DNA of 64,000 bases from Longimicrobiales bacterium. GTDB lineage: Bacteria; Gemmatimonadota; Gemmatimonadetes; Longimicrobiales; Gaopeijiaceae. The stretch covers positions 96,001 through 160,000 of the forward strand of contig CBDBCF010000002.1 in the NCBI GenBank assembly GCA_965202985.1, given 5' to 3'. Positions 11,187 through 19,974 of this stretch are shown here, piece by piece. Numbering within the stretch: the stretch's first letter is position 1; each line of letters begins with the position of its first letter. Below the pieces are notes generated by a model. It was not told where the DNA came from, made no database searches, and saw only the letters and a list, made by a program, of their open reading frames with translations. The position numbers and the translations under genes were made by a program.

Positions 11187-11710
11187 CCCGCATCGTCCTG
11201 CTGTGCGAGGATCGTCAGATGAGTGCTTTTGCGCGTCGTTTTCTATTTCATCGCAACTTCACTTCTCGGCAAGTCGAGTCTATGCATAGTAAGCCGGGAT
11301 GTGGGTCGGGCGAACAATGGGTTAGAAAGCGCTTTCCGAGGCAGTTGAGGGCCGTGCGTGAGCGTCAACGCACCTTCCTGATCGCGATGGTTGACGCCGA
11401 TTCTGGGTCAACGGCGAATCGCCGGAGCCAGCTTGTCCAGGAATGCCGAAAACAGGGGGTTGCCCCGCCCTCGGAGGATGACCCCGTCCTCGTCGTCGTC
11501 CCAAAACGGAATATCGAGACGTGGTTCGCATATCTTGCAGGTGACGATGTCGACGAAACAGCGAAGTACCCGAAGTTGCCTCGCCCAAACGACTGCAAGC
11601 CCCTTGCTGATGCGCTATACGACATGTGCCATGTCGACCAGAAACTGCGCGAGCCTGCGCCTATTTCGCTGGTGGAGACGTGCGGCATCTACCCGCTTCT
11701 GAAGCGTTGA
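11183..11710 (+). CDS. Small TOPRIM-like protein (DUF4276/RloB-like), partner of the ABC ATPase
   Basis: IVLLCED, MVDAD (DxD) and NIETW motifs. ATGA overlap with the ATPase stop. Confidence 0.7.
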   Translation: MTRIVLLCEDRQMSAFARRFLFHRNFTSRQVESMHSKPGCGSGEQWVRKRFPRQLRAVRERQRTFLIAMVDADSGSTANRRSQLVQECRKQGVAPPSEDDPVLVVVPKRNIETWFAYLAGDDVDETAKYPKLPRPNDCKPLADALYDMCHVDQKLREPAPISLVETCGIYPLLKR

Positions 11711-11805
11711 CGCGGTTGCGAGGCCGTTGGGCGAGCCTTACGTGCGGTTCGCCGCGCCGTGTGTGCCGCCTTCGGGCCCTCCCGCGTTTCGTTCCAAGGA
11801 ACGTT

Positions 11806-13227
11806 ATGTCCGCATCTCGTTTCGGCGTCGCGACGGTCTTGGCCGCAGGAGCGGCAGTCGTCTTCCCGACCTCGGCCGCTGCCCTGCAGGAGATTGCCGG
11901 CGCCAGTGCCACCGCCGGCCCCGACCTCCTATCCCGCCTCCGAGGCCTTCTGGGCGTAGGCCTGCTCGCTTTGGCCGCCTGGGGGTTGAGCGCGAACCGC
12001 AAGCAGGTTCCTTGGCGGGTCGTCCTGTGGGGACTGGCGCTCCAGTTCGTGTTCGCGGTGGTGATCCTGCGGACACCGGTGGGGGCGGGCGTCTTCCAGG
12101 CGGCGAACCAGGCGGTGTTGGCCGTGGTGGGGTTCACGCTGGAGGGCGCGCGCTTTCTGTTTGGGGACTTGGTCCAGAACACGGTGCCGGTGGGGACGGG
12201 GACGCCCGGCGGCGGGGACTTCGCGGCGGACGGGCAGCAGGTGGCCCGGACGGGGGCGTTCGTGGCGTTCAACGTGCTGCCGACGATCATCTTCCTGGCG
12301 TCGCTCATGACGATCCTGTACCACTTGGGCGTCATGCAGCGGCTGGTGGGGGGCATCGCGTGGGTCATGCGGCGCACCATGGGGACGAGCGGGGCCGAGA
12401 CGCTGTCCGCGGCGGGGAACATCTTCGTGGGCCAGACCGAGGCGCCGCTTCTGATCAAGCCGTTCGTGGACGGCATGACCCGCTCCGAGCTCATGGCGGT
12501 GATGACGGGGGGCTTCGCCACGGTGGCCGGCGGCGTGATGGCGGCCTACGCGGGGATGCTGGTCGGGTTCTTCCCCGACATCGCCGGGCACCTGATGGCG
12601 GCGTCGGTCATGTCGGCGCCGGCGGCGCTCGTGGTGGCCAAGCTCATGGTCCCGGAAACGGAGACGCCGGAGACGGCAGGCGGACTCCAGTCCAAGGTGG
12701 ATCGGCCGGACGTGAACGTGGTGGAGGCGGCGGCTCGTGGGGCGGGGGAGGGGCTTCACTTGGCGCTGAACGTGGGCGCCATGCTGCTCGCGTTTCTGGC
12801 GCTGATCGCCCTGGTGAACGGGCTGCTGGGCTGGGTCGGCGGCTGGGTCGGCTTCGGCGAGCTGTCCCTGGAGGGCATCTTGGGGGCGCTGCTGGCGCCG
12901 GTGGCGTGGGTCATGGGCGTGCCGTGGGAAGACGCCGCCGTCGTGGGATCGCTCATGGGCCTCAAGACCGTGGCCACCGAGTTCGTGGCCTACCTGGGAC
13001 TGGCCGGGGAGATGTCCGAGGGCGCCCTGTCGGCCCGGTCGGCCACGATCGCGGCATACGCCCTGTCCGGCTTCGCCAACTTCTCTTCGATCGCCATCCA
13101 GATCGGCGGCATCGGCGGCATCGCCCCCCGGCGGCGGAAGGACCTGTCCCGGCTGGGGTTGCGGGCCATGGTGGGGGGCTCGATCGCCGCCTTCATGACC
13201 GCCGCCATAGCGGGGGCGCTGCTTTGA
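11806..13227 (+). CDS. nupC: Concentrative nucleoside transporter (NupC/CNT family)
   Basis: NIFVGQTEAPL, MTGGFATVAG, ASVMSAPAAL, GFANFSSIAIQIGG, many TM segments. Confidence 0.93.
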   Translation: MSASRFGVATVLAAGAAVVFPTSAAALQEIAGASATAGPDLLSRLRGLLGVGLLALAAWGLSANRKQVPWRVVLWGLALQFVFAVVILRTPVGAGVFQAANQAVLAVVGFTLEGARFLFGDLVQNTVPVGTGTPGGGDFAADGQQVARTGAFVAFNVLPTIIFLASLMTILYHLGVMQRLVGGIAWVMRRTMGTSGAETLSAAGNIFVGQTEAPLLIKPFVDGMTRSELMAVMTGGFATVAGGVMAAYAGMLVGFFPDIAGHLMAASVMSAPAALVVAKLMVPETETPETAGGLQSKVDRPDVNVVEAAARGAGEGLHLALNVGAMLLAFLALIALVNGLLGWVGGWVGFGELSLEGILGALLAPVAWVMGVPWEDAAVVGSLMGLKTVATEFVAYLGLAGEMSEGALSARSATIAAYALSGFANFSSIAIQIGGIGGIAPRRRKDLSRLGLRAMVGGSIAAFMTAAIAGALL

Positions 13228-13243
13228 GCGAGGCGTCGCCGCT

Positions 13244-14083
13244 TTGAGCAAGGGCGGCCCTTGCCCCGTCGAGTGCGCCCGCGTGTTGGCAGAGCGGACC
13301 GACCTGCGCCCGCGAGTGCAGATCGTGCTGGGCTCCGGGCTGGGGACGCTGGAAGACCGCGTTCAGGACCCGGTCGCAGTCCCATTCGCCGACCTGCCGG
13401 GCTTCCCGGCGACATCCGTTGCCGGACACCGAGGCCGCTTCGTCGTGGGGCGGATCGCCGGCCAGCCGGTGCTGCTCCAGGCGGGGCGCTTCCACTTCTA
13501 CGAGGGCGTTGACGCCGACGTGGTGACGGCGTCCGTGCGAACGGGACACGCCTTCGGCGTTCGCACGCTGGTGCTGACCAACGCCGCCGGGGGCATCCGC
13601 CGCGACTTGGCGCCGGGGACGCTCATGCTGATCGAAGACCACATGAACCTGTCGTTTCGAGGCGTGTTGACCGGGCCTCCCCGCCGGGGGGAAGCGCGAT
13701 TTCCCGACATGAGCCGGCCCTACGACCGCGAGTTCGCTCGCTTGGCCATGGACGCGGCGTTGAAGGCGGGCGTCCGGCTGACCCAAGGCGCCTACGCGAT
13801 GGTGCTGGGGCCGCAGTTCGAGACCCCGGCGGAGGTCCGCGCCTTGCGGGCCGCGGGGGCGGACGTGGTCGGGATGTCCACGGTCCCGGAGGCGATCGTG
13901 GCCCGGGCCCTGGGCCAGCGCGTGCTGGCGTTCTCCATGGTTACGAACTGGGCGTCGGGCTTGGGTGGCCCCGCAGGCGACGAGATCGACCACGAGGACG
14001 TGATGGCCGTAGGCGACGCCGCCGGCAAAGTGCTCGGCCCGCTGTTGGAGGACTTGGTTCCGGCGATCTCCCGGTGCGAGTAG
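13244..14083 (+). CDS. punA: Purine nucleoside phosphorylase (trimeric type)
   Basis: IVLGSGLG, GRFHFYEG, TNAAGG, GPQFETPAE, GMSTVPE, VTN. Confidence 0.92.
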   Translation: MSKGGPCPVECARVLAERTDLRPRVQIVLGSGLGTLEDRVQDPVAVPFADLPGFPATSVAGHRGRFVVGRIAGQPVLLQAGRFHFYEGVDADVVTASVRTGHAFGVRTLVLTNAAGGIRRDLAPGTLMLIEDHMNLSFRGVLTGPPRRGEARFPDMSRPYDREFARLAMDAALKAGVRLTQGAYAMVLGPQFETPAEVRALRAAGADVVGMSTVPEAIVARALGQRVLAFSMVTNWASGLGGPAGDEIDHEDVMAVGDAAGKVLGPLLEDLVPAISRCE

Positions 14084-14199
14084 GCGAACCGCCGTCCTCG
14101 GACGCCCAGTTGCGCCGCTTCCCGCCGTCGGGTCCATTCCGGATCGCGACCAGACCTGCAGTCAGGCCAACCCGCCGTCACATGTGGAGATTCCGCCCG

Positions 14200-15867
14200 A
14201 TGACTTTCCGCGCCAAGACCGCCTCGACCAACTCTCCGCCGCCGGTGGCCGCGCTGGCCGGCGCGCTGACCCTATTCTCGCTCGCCGGGGTGCCTGCCGT
14301 GCCGGGCGGGCCCGGTTGGGCGACGAGCGCCTCCGCCCAGCAGTACGACGTGTTGATCGCCGGCGGCACGGTGGTGGACGGCACGGGCGCCGACCGCTTC
14401 CGGGCGGACGTGGCGGTGGCGGACGGACGCATCTTCCTCGTCTCTCGGGAGCCCGTGGACAGGTCCATGGCCGCGACGGTGATCGACGCCGAAGGCCGGG
14501 TCGTCGCCCCCGGTTTCATCGACAACCACGCCCACGTCCAGCAGACGATCGCCGAGTACCCGCTGGCCGAGAACTTCTTGCGGCAGGGGATCACCACGCT
14601 GATCGCGTCGCTGCACTCGGGAGACCAGCCGTGGCCGATGGAGGCGTTCGCGTCGAGCCTGGAAACAGCCCCGAACGTCGGGTTCTTCGCCGGCCACTCC
14701 TGGACCCGAAAACAGGTCCTGGGAATGGACGACCGCGCCCCCACCGAGGCCGAGCTGGAGGAGATGAAGGCGCTGGTGGACCAGTCGATGCGCGAAGGGG
14801 CGCTGGGCCTTTCGACCGGGTTGCTGTACGTGCCCGCCAACTTCGCCGAGACCGAAGAGGTGATCGAGCTGGCCAAGGTCGCGGCCCGCCACGGCGGCAT
14901 CTACGTCACCCACATGCGCAACGAGGCCAGCGGGCTGCTCGAATCCGTGGCCGAGGCGATCCGCATCGCCGACGAGGCCGGCATCCCCGCCCAGATCAAC
15001 CATCACAAGGCGGCCGGCGCCGCCCAATGGGGCTGGAGCGAGAAGTCCCTGGCCATGATCGATTCGGCCAACGCGGCCGGGCTCGAGATCGTTCACGACC
15101 TCTACCCCTACGCCGCCTCCAGCACCGGCTCGTCGATCCTCTTCCCCCAGTGGGCGCTGGCCGGCGGCCCGGAAGAGTTCGCCAAGCGCGCGGCCGACCC
15201 GGAGACCCGCCGACGGATGGAGGCGGACATGCGGACGATCTTCACGACCGATCGCACCGGCGGCGACATCTCGCGCATCCAGTTCCGCGTCCTGCGCTCC
15301 GACGAAAGGTGGAACGGCCGCACGCTGGCGGACTACGCCGCCGACCTGGGACTCCCGAACGACCTGGAGACCGGCATCCAGCTGGCGATCGATCTGCAGT
15401 TGAAGGGCGGCTTCAGCGCCATCTACCACGCCATGGACGAAGCGGACGTGATCCGGATCATGCAGCACCCCCTGGCCATGATCGAGACGGACGGCGACGC
15501 CGTGGGCTACGGGATCGGATACCCGCACCCCCGCAGCTACGGCGCGTTCCCGCGGGTGCTGGCGCGCTACGTGCGCGAACTGGGCGTGCTGACGTTGGAG
15601 GAAGCGGTCAAGAAGATGACGTCCATGCCCGCCCGTTGGCTCGGCCGCGACGACATGGGGGCGATCGCCGAGGGAATGCGCGCCGACGTGGCGGTTTTCG
15701 ACCCCGACGTGATCGCCGACCGAGCCACCTACGCCGACCCCCACCAGTACAGCGTGGGCATCGCCGACCTGCTGGTGAACGGCGTTCCAGTGATCCGCGA
15801 CGGCGGCCTCACCGGCGAGAAGCCGGGCCGGTGGATCCGAGGGCCGGTGCGGCGTCCGGCAAGCTGA
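14200..15867 (+). CDS. N-acyl-D-amino-acid deacylase family amidohydrolase, probably exported
   Basis: Signal-like N-terminus, YDVLIAGGTVVDGTG, APGFIDNHAH, GLSTGLLY, HMRNE, HPRSYGAFPR. Start uncertain. Confidence 0.88.
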   Translation: MTFRAKTASTNSPPPVAALAGALTLFSLAGVPAVPGGPGWATSASAQQYDVLIAGGTVVDGTGADRFRADVAVADGRIFLVSREPVDRSMAATVIDAEGRVVAPGFIDNHAHVQQTIAEYPLAENFLRQGITTLIASLHSGDQPWPMEAFASSLETAPNVGFFAGHSWTRKQVLGMDDRAPTEAELEEMKALVDQSMREGALGLSTGLLYVPANFAETEEVIELAKVAARHGGIYVTHMRNEASGLLESVAEAIRIADEAGIPAQINHHKAAGAAQWGWSEKSLAMIDSANAAGLEIVHDLYPYAASSTGSSILFPQWALAGGPEEFAKRAADPETRRRMEADMRTIFTTDRTGGDISRIQFRVLRSDERWNGRTLADYAADLGLPNDLETGIQLAIDLQLKGGFSAIYHAMDEADVIRIMQHPLAMIETDGDAVGYGIGYPHPRSYGAFPRVLARYVRELGVLTLEEAVKKMTSMPARWLGRDDMGAIAEGMRADVAVFDPDVIADRATYADPHQYSVGIADLLVNGVPVIRDGGLTGEKPGRWIRGPVRRPAS

Positions 15868-15891
15868 CGGCGGTCGGGCATCGCGGTCCTT

Positions 15892-16837
15892 CTATTCGCT
15901 TGCCGCGACATCCAATTCCTCGGCGATCCTGTCCAGCTTCTCGCGCACCTCCGGATGCACTTCGTCTGCTGTCATCTCCTCGGCAATGTTCACGCAGTCC
16001 TTGTGATCCCAGGTCAGCCCCACGTTTTCCATTAGCTTGGCAATGATGTTCTTGCCCTTGGTAGTGTCAAAATCGTTGTCCGCAAACGGTTCGTCGTATA
16101 GTACGGGCGGCCACTGCTTGCGCATGTACTCGTCGGCGCGCGTCTTCATGTCGTCTCCTCCCCGCTTTTCCAGGAATCGCAGTATGGCTTCCGGGTTAAG
16201 CAGGTAGTTCTCAATCTCGTAGCGTTGCCAGTAGGTCCTGGCCGGCGTTGGCGCCTTCTCCTCGCCTCGGGGCGTATTGTTCGCGCCGATGTTGCGGTGA
16301 TTCCTGTCACGCACTTCGATTCCCCGGAGGGAGGGCACGATCGTTCTGAGCGCATTATAGTGCCTTGACGCAAATTCTCTTCCTCGCCCAGAAGTGGACA
16401 TCCAAAACGGCTTTTCGAGAAACAACAAGACCGAATGATCTAATTGCCTTTGCCCACGCCCTCAAGATCGGAATATCCGTTATGCCTTCTACTTACAGTA
16501 TGCGCTCTTCTGCCACCGCCGTATGAACCTCGCTGTTTGTCAGTAGCCGCAATGCGTTCTTGAGCCTGGGCGAATGCGGTATTTGAACTAACCCGGTGTT
16601 CGCGACTGACCGCAGCCGATCCGGTTCGGCGGCGTCGACGAGAACGTCGGAGTGGCTGGACACGATCATCTGGCTTTCTTGCAATTCTAGGAATCGCCGG
16701 TAGACCTCTTTCTGCAACAACCTGTGCAAATGCATATCCGGTTCGTCGATCAAGACCACCTGTGGTTTACTATACAGCAGGCTCGAATTCAGCAACAGCA
16801 CCTGGAGAAAACCGCTTCCGGCGCACGCGATCTCGAG
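15892..16837 (-). pseudogene. Remnant of an OLD-like ATP-dependent nuclease (ABC ATPase + TOPRIM/DUF4435-like)
   Basis: LEIACAGSGFLQ..LIDEPDMHLH..SSHS (ATPase C-half), then in-frame TAA at 16493-16495 before VEGITD (TOPRIM), a frameshift near 16443, then ..YEIENYLLNP. No Walker A. Confidence 0.78.
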
Positions 16838-17488
16838 GTACTCAAGGACGCAGGACTCGTCGAGTACCGGACAAAGGGCACGGGCGGCGGCAAGACATCG
16901 ACAGTGCGAGTGACGGAGAAGTTCGACCGCGACGTCCTGGTTCCGTTCGTGACCAAGACCATCGGCGACCTGGATGCTTCCGTCAGCGCCTACTACCGAC
17001 AACGTCCCGAGGACATCTACACCGGCCTCGAGTCCGAGAGCAGCCACACCAAAGGGCAAGCTCTGGAAGCATTTGCAATTTTCGTGATGCGACTCATGGG
17101 TCTTCGTTTCGTTGGTTGGCGGAAACGGGAGGAAGCAGAGGTGGATGCGCTGCTTGAAGGAGTCCTTGGTCCGGTCGCCACTCGCTGGCAGATTCAGTGC
17201 AAGAACACACCCAAGCGTACCGTGCGCTTAGAGGACGTTGCGAAGGAAGTTGGCCTACTCCCACTGACCCGGGCCACACACATTCTCTTCGTTGCCAATG
17301 CTTCGTTTTCGCAAGACGCTCGCGAGTACGCCCGAAAGGTCATGAAGGCTTTGCCCGTCGGCTTGTATCTGCTCGATCGAGACGACTTCGAAGCGCTTCG
17401 ATCAAACCCGTCGAAGATCACAGCCATCTTGTCGCAACAAGCCGCATCCATGCTTGATCTTGCAAGGCCGCCCGCGTTCAGGGTTTAA
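16832..17488 (+). pseudogene. 5'-truncated restriction endonuclease (Mrr_cat-like C-terminal domain)
   Basis: KGQALEAF..EVDALLE..WQIQCKN..VRLEDVAKEVG. The ORF portion upstream of 16832 is the antisense of the OLD remnant. Confidence 0.72.
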
Positions 17489-18594
17489 ATCGAGCTTTCG
17501 TGCTGAATCGATGTAGCTTCTTGATCGTCCGGCGGTTTGGGTTCCTTGGTCGGCCGCTCTCTACCCCCGTCTGCGACAAGGGGCTCCGCCGGCGGTCCGT
17601 TCCACAAGATGTCCGGTCTGGGAATCCTGTAGTAGTTGCCGGGGTCCGCAGCGTCCTTGGTTTCCCTGGGAACCACCGGCCGAACAAATCTGCCTCTTGC
17701 GCCCTCCAGGTATGGTCTCAACAGCTCGACGCACGTCCACCGGCGTCCCAGGCGCTCGCAGACCTCGCCGGTCACGCATGATCCGCCAAACGGATCGAGG
17801 ACGGAATCCGTTTCCTCGGTCAGCATTCGAACGAAGAACTCCGGGATCTCCACCGGAAACCTTGCCGGGTGCGGTTTGATGCCATGGTCTTTGCAGTAGC
17901 GCTGGTAGTGCGAGTTGCTTTCCGTGTGGGCAACCGCGATCAGGTTGGGTGGAATCGCTGCTCCGTTGTCGCGCGCGAACTTCGTGCTGATGTTGTGTCC
18001 GCTGGGCCGCCTTTTAGCTCTGTACCCGGTCCGCAACAGGTTACGCATGCTCGGGCTGTAAGGATAGAGGACACGGCGGTTGGTTGCCTTGGGCCATTCA
18101 GTGGGCGACAACCAGTAGACGGAATTGACGGCATCCTTTACGCGGACTCGGCGAATGTTGACCCATTCCGCTGGAGTCGGAAGCTTGGAAGGATTCCACC
18201 AGTAGAACTCCTGGGCCAAGTGAAAACCCAGTTCTTCGCAAAGCATAATCAACAACCGAAAATGATACAAACTGCGCGTCGGCGTGCCCTTATTCCATGC
18301 ACCGCCGATGTCGATGACAAGACTGCCGGACGGCTTCAGTATCCTCTTGAACTGTTCACCGAAAGCACGAAACCAGTCTACGTAGCGATCCGCCTCCTCG
18401 TTGCCGTAGTCTTTCTTTCGAACCAAGCCGAACGGCGGACTAGTCACGATAAGATCGACAGACCGGTCCTCCATGCCGTCCATGTAATCGAGGGAATCTC
18501 CTAGCACAGCGCGACCGATTTCGGTCTGGATCAGGACCTCGTCCTTCCGTTCGGCGCGAGACAATGAGCCTCCGGGGCAGTGGGTGGCGAGCAT
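17485..18594 (-). CDS. Beta-class amino-methyltransferase, M.PvuII-like (likely N4-cytosine)
   Basis: GDSL, DLIVTSPPF..RKKDYGN, HPARFP, VLDPFGGS. Alternative start TTG 18564. Confidence 0.92.
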   Translation of the reverse strand: MLATHCPGGSLSRAERKDEVLIQTEIGRAVLGDSLDYMDGMEDRSVDLIVTSPPFGLVRKKDYGNEEADRYVDWFRAFGEQFKRILKPSGSLVIDIGGAWNKGTPTRSLYHFRLLIMLCEELGFHLAQEFYWWNPSKLPTPAEWVNIRRVRVKDAVNSVYWLSPTEWPKATNRRVLYPYSPSMRNLLRTGYRAKRRPSGHNISTKFARDNGAAIPPNLIAVAHTESNSHYQRYCKDHGIKPHPARFPVEIPEFFVRMLTEETDSVLDPFGGSCVTGEVCERLGRRWTCVELLRPYLEGARGRFVRPVVPRETKDAADPGNYYRIPRPDILWNGPPAEPLVADGGRERPTKEPKPPDDQEATSIQHESSI

Positions 18595-18668
18595 TCCCGT
18601 CCGTCACGATAACCGTTCTCCCGGCGGCAATGCAAGCCACAAGAAGAGGGGGCCACCGACCGACCAGC

Positions 18669-19057
18669 CTACATCACCGAGAATCCGGCGGCGGTGACCC
18701 CCGGGCCCAGCGGCGTCCGGTCGTCGCCCGCGTGCACGACGTAGCCGTGGCCGGCCCGGTCTCCGAGGTCCTTCTGCAGTGCCTGGATGGGCCGCGCCAT
18801 GGCAGGGCGGGCGTCGCCGTCTTCTTCACCTCCACGGGGACGAGCTGGTCGGCGACTTGAACAAGGAAGTCCACTTCGACGCCCCTCGCCGTGCGCCAGA
18901 AGTAGACGGGGGCGTCGACGCCGCGGTTGGCCAGGGTCGTGCGGATCTCCGCGAGCACGGCGGTCTCCATGATGGCCCCGGCCATCGGCCCTGCCGCCGC
19001 GTGCTCCGGGTCGCAAAGGCCAGTAAGGTGGCAGAGGATGCCGGTGTACTTGGCCAT
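18669..19057 (-). pseudogene. Internally deleted and frameshifted AAA/DUF4143 family gene
   Basis: MAKY joins directly to TGILCHL..GAIMETAV..YFWRTARGVEVDFL..PVEVK, so the ATPase domain is absent. One-base frameshift near 18810 leads into RPAMARPIQ..GYVVHAG. Confidence 0.75.
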
Positions 19058-19141
19058 GACGATTCGGGTGACGAGAAAGGGTGCAGATTGGCATTCCAAA
19101 TGCGAATATAGCGGCGGTCGCCGGCTGCGGACGCTCGTCGG

Positions 19142-19963
19142 TCAGAGGAACGACAGCTGTCGCGGGCCCCTCGCGCGTCGCAGCGCGGCCAAGTCGACGA
19201 CGGGAGTCGGACGGGCGGCCCCGGCCACTTCGACCACTCCTCGGTACCCCTTCCGGGCCAACGCGTTCTCCATGACCGAACGGGCGCAGTCGGCTGTGTT
19301 GGACTCCTCCGACAGGTGGGCCAGGACAACCGCCGTCAGTCGCCGGCTGAAGATCTCCAGCACGAAGTCCGCCGCCGCTTGGTTGGACAGGTGGCCGTGG
19401 CTGGACGCGATGCGGTTCTTGACGGAGGCGGGGTACGCGGCCTTCCACAGCATCCCTTCGTCGTGGTTGGACTCCACGACCAAGCCGTCGCACCCTTGCA
19501 GCGCGTGCTTGGCCTGGGCGGTGGGGCGTCCCAGGTCCGTGGCCACGCCCAGGCGCAGGCCCGTCCTGCGGTTGGACAGGGCGAACGCCACCGGCTCCGC
19601 CGCGTCGTGGACCGTCACGAACGCTTCCACGAGCAGGTCCTCGACGGCGACGGGATAGCCCGGCCGACAGGTCCTCACGTCTTCCGTGCCGCGAAGCAGC
19701 TTCCGACATGCGCGGCGGGTGCCCGGCGTCATCAGAAGGGGCGTGCCGTGGGCCCGCGCGAAGACGCCGGCGCCGCGGGCGTGGTCCCCATGCTCGTGGC
19801 TGACCAGGATGACCGCCACGTCGCCGGGTTCGACGCCGTTGCACGCCAGCCGGCGGACCAGCTGCCGACCGCTCAAGCCGGCATCCACCAGGACGTGAGC
19901 GGTGCCGGAGCTGACCAGCGTGGCGTTCCCGGCGCTGCCGCTGGCCAGTACCGAGAAGCGCAA
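19142..19963 (-). CDS. MBL-fold metallo-hydrolase (WalJ/YycJ-like)
   Basis: FSVLASGSAGNA, VDAGLS, SHEHGDH, HDA, ESNHD, GHLSN, AHLSEESN. Confidence 0.9.
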   Translation of the reverse strand: MRFSVLASGSAGNATLVSSGTAHVLVDAGLSGRQLVRRLACNGVEPGDVAVILVSHEHGDHARGAGVFARAHGTPLLMTPGTRRACRKLLRGTEDVRTCRPGYPVAVEDLLVEAFVTVHDAAEPVAFALSNRRTGLRLGVATDLGRPTAQAKHALQGCDGLVVESNHDEGMLWKAAYPASVKNRIASSHGHLSNQAAADFVLEIFSRRLTAVVLAHLSEESNTADCARSVMENALARKGYRGVVEVAGAARPTPVVDLAALRRARGPRQLSFL

Positions 19964-19974
19964 GCCGGGCGGAC

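Noticed and set aside
16724..17059. Apparent long antiparallel overlap of two functional genes
   Set aside because: Each ORF looks family-like only on its own side of 16832-16837; a deletion junction explains it better.
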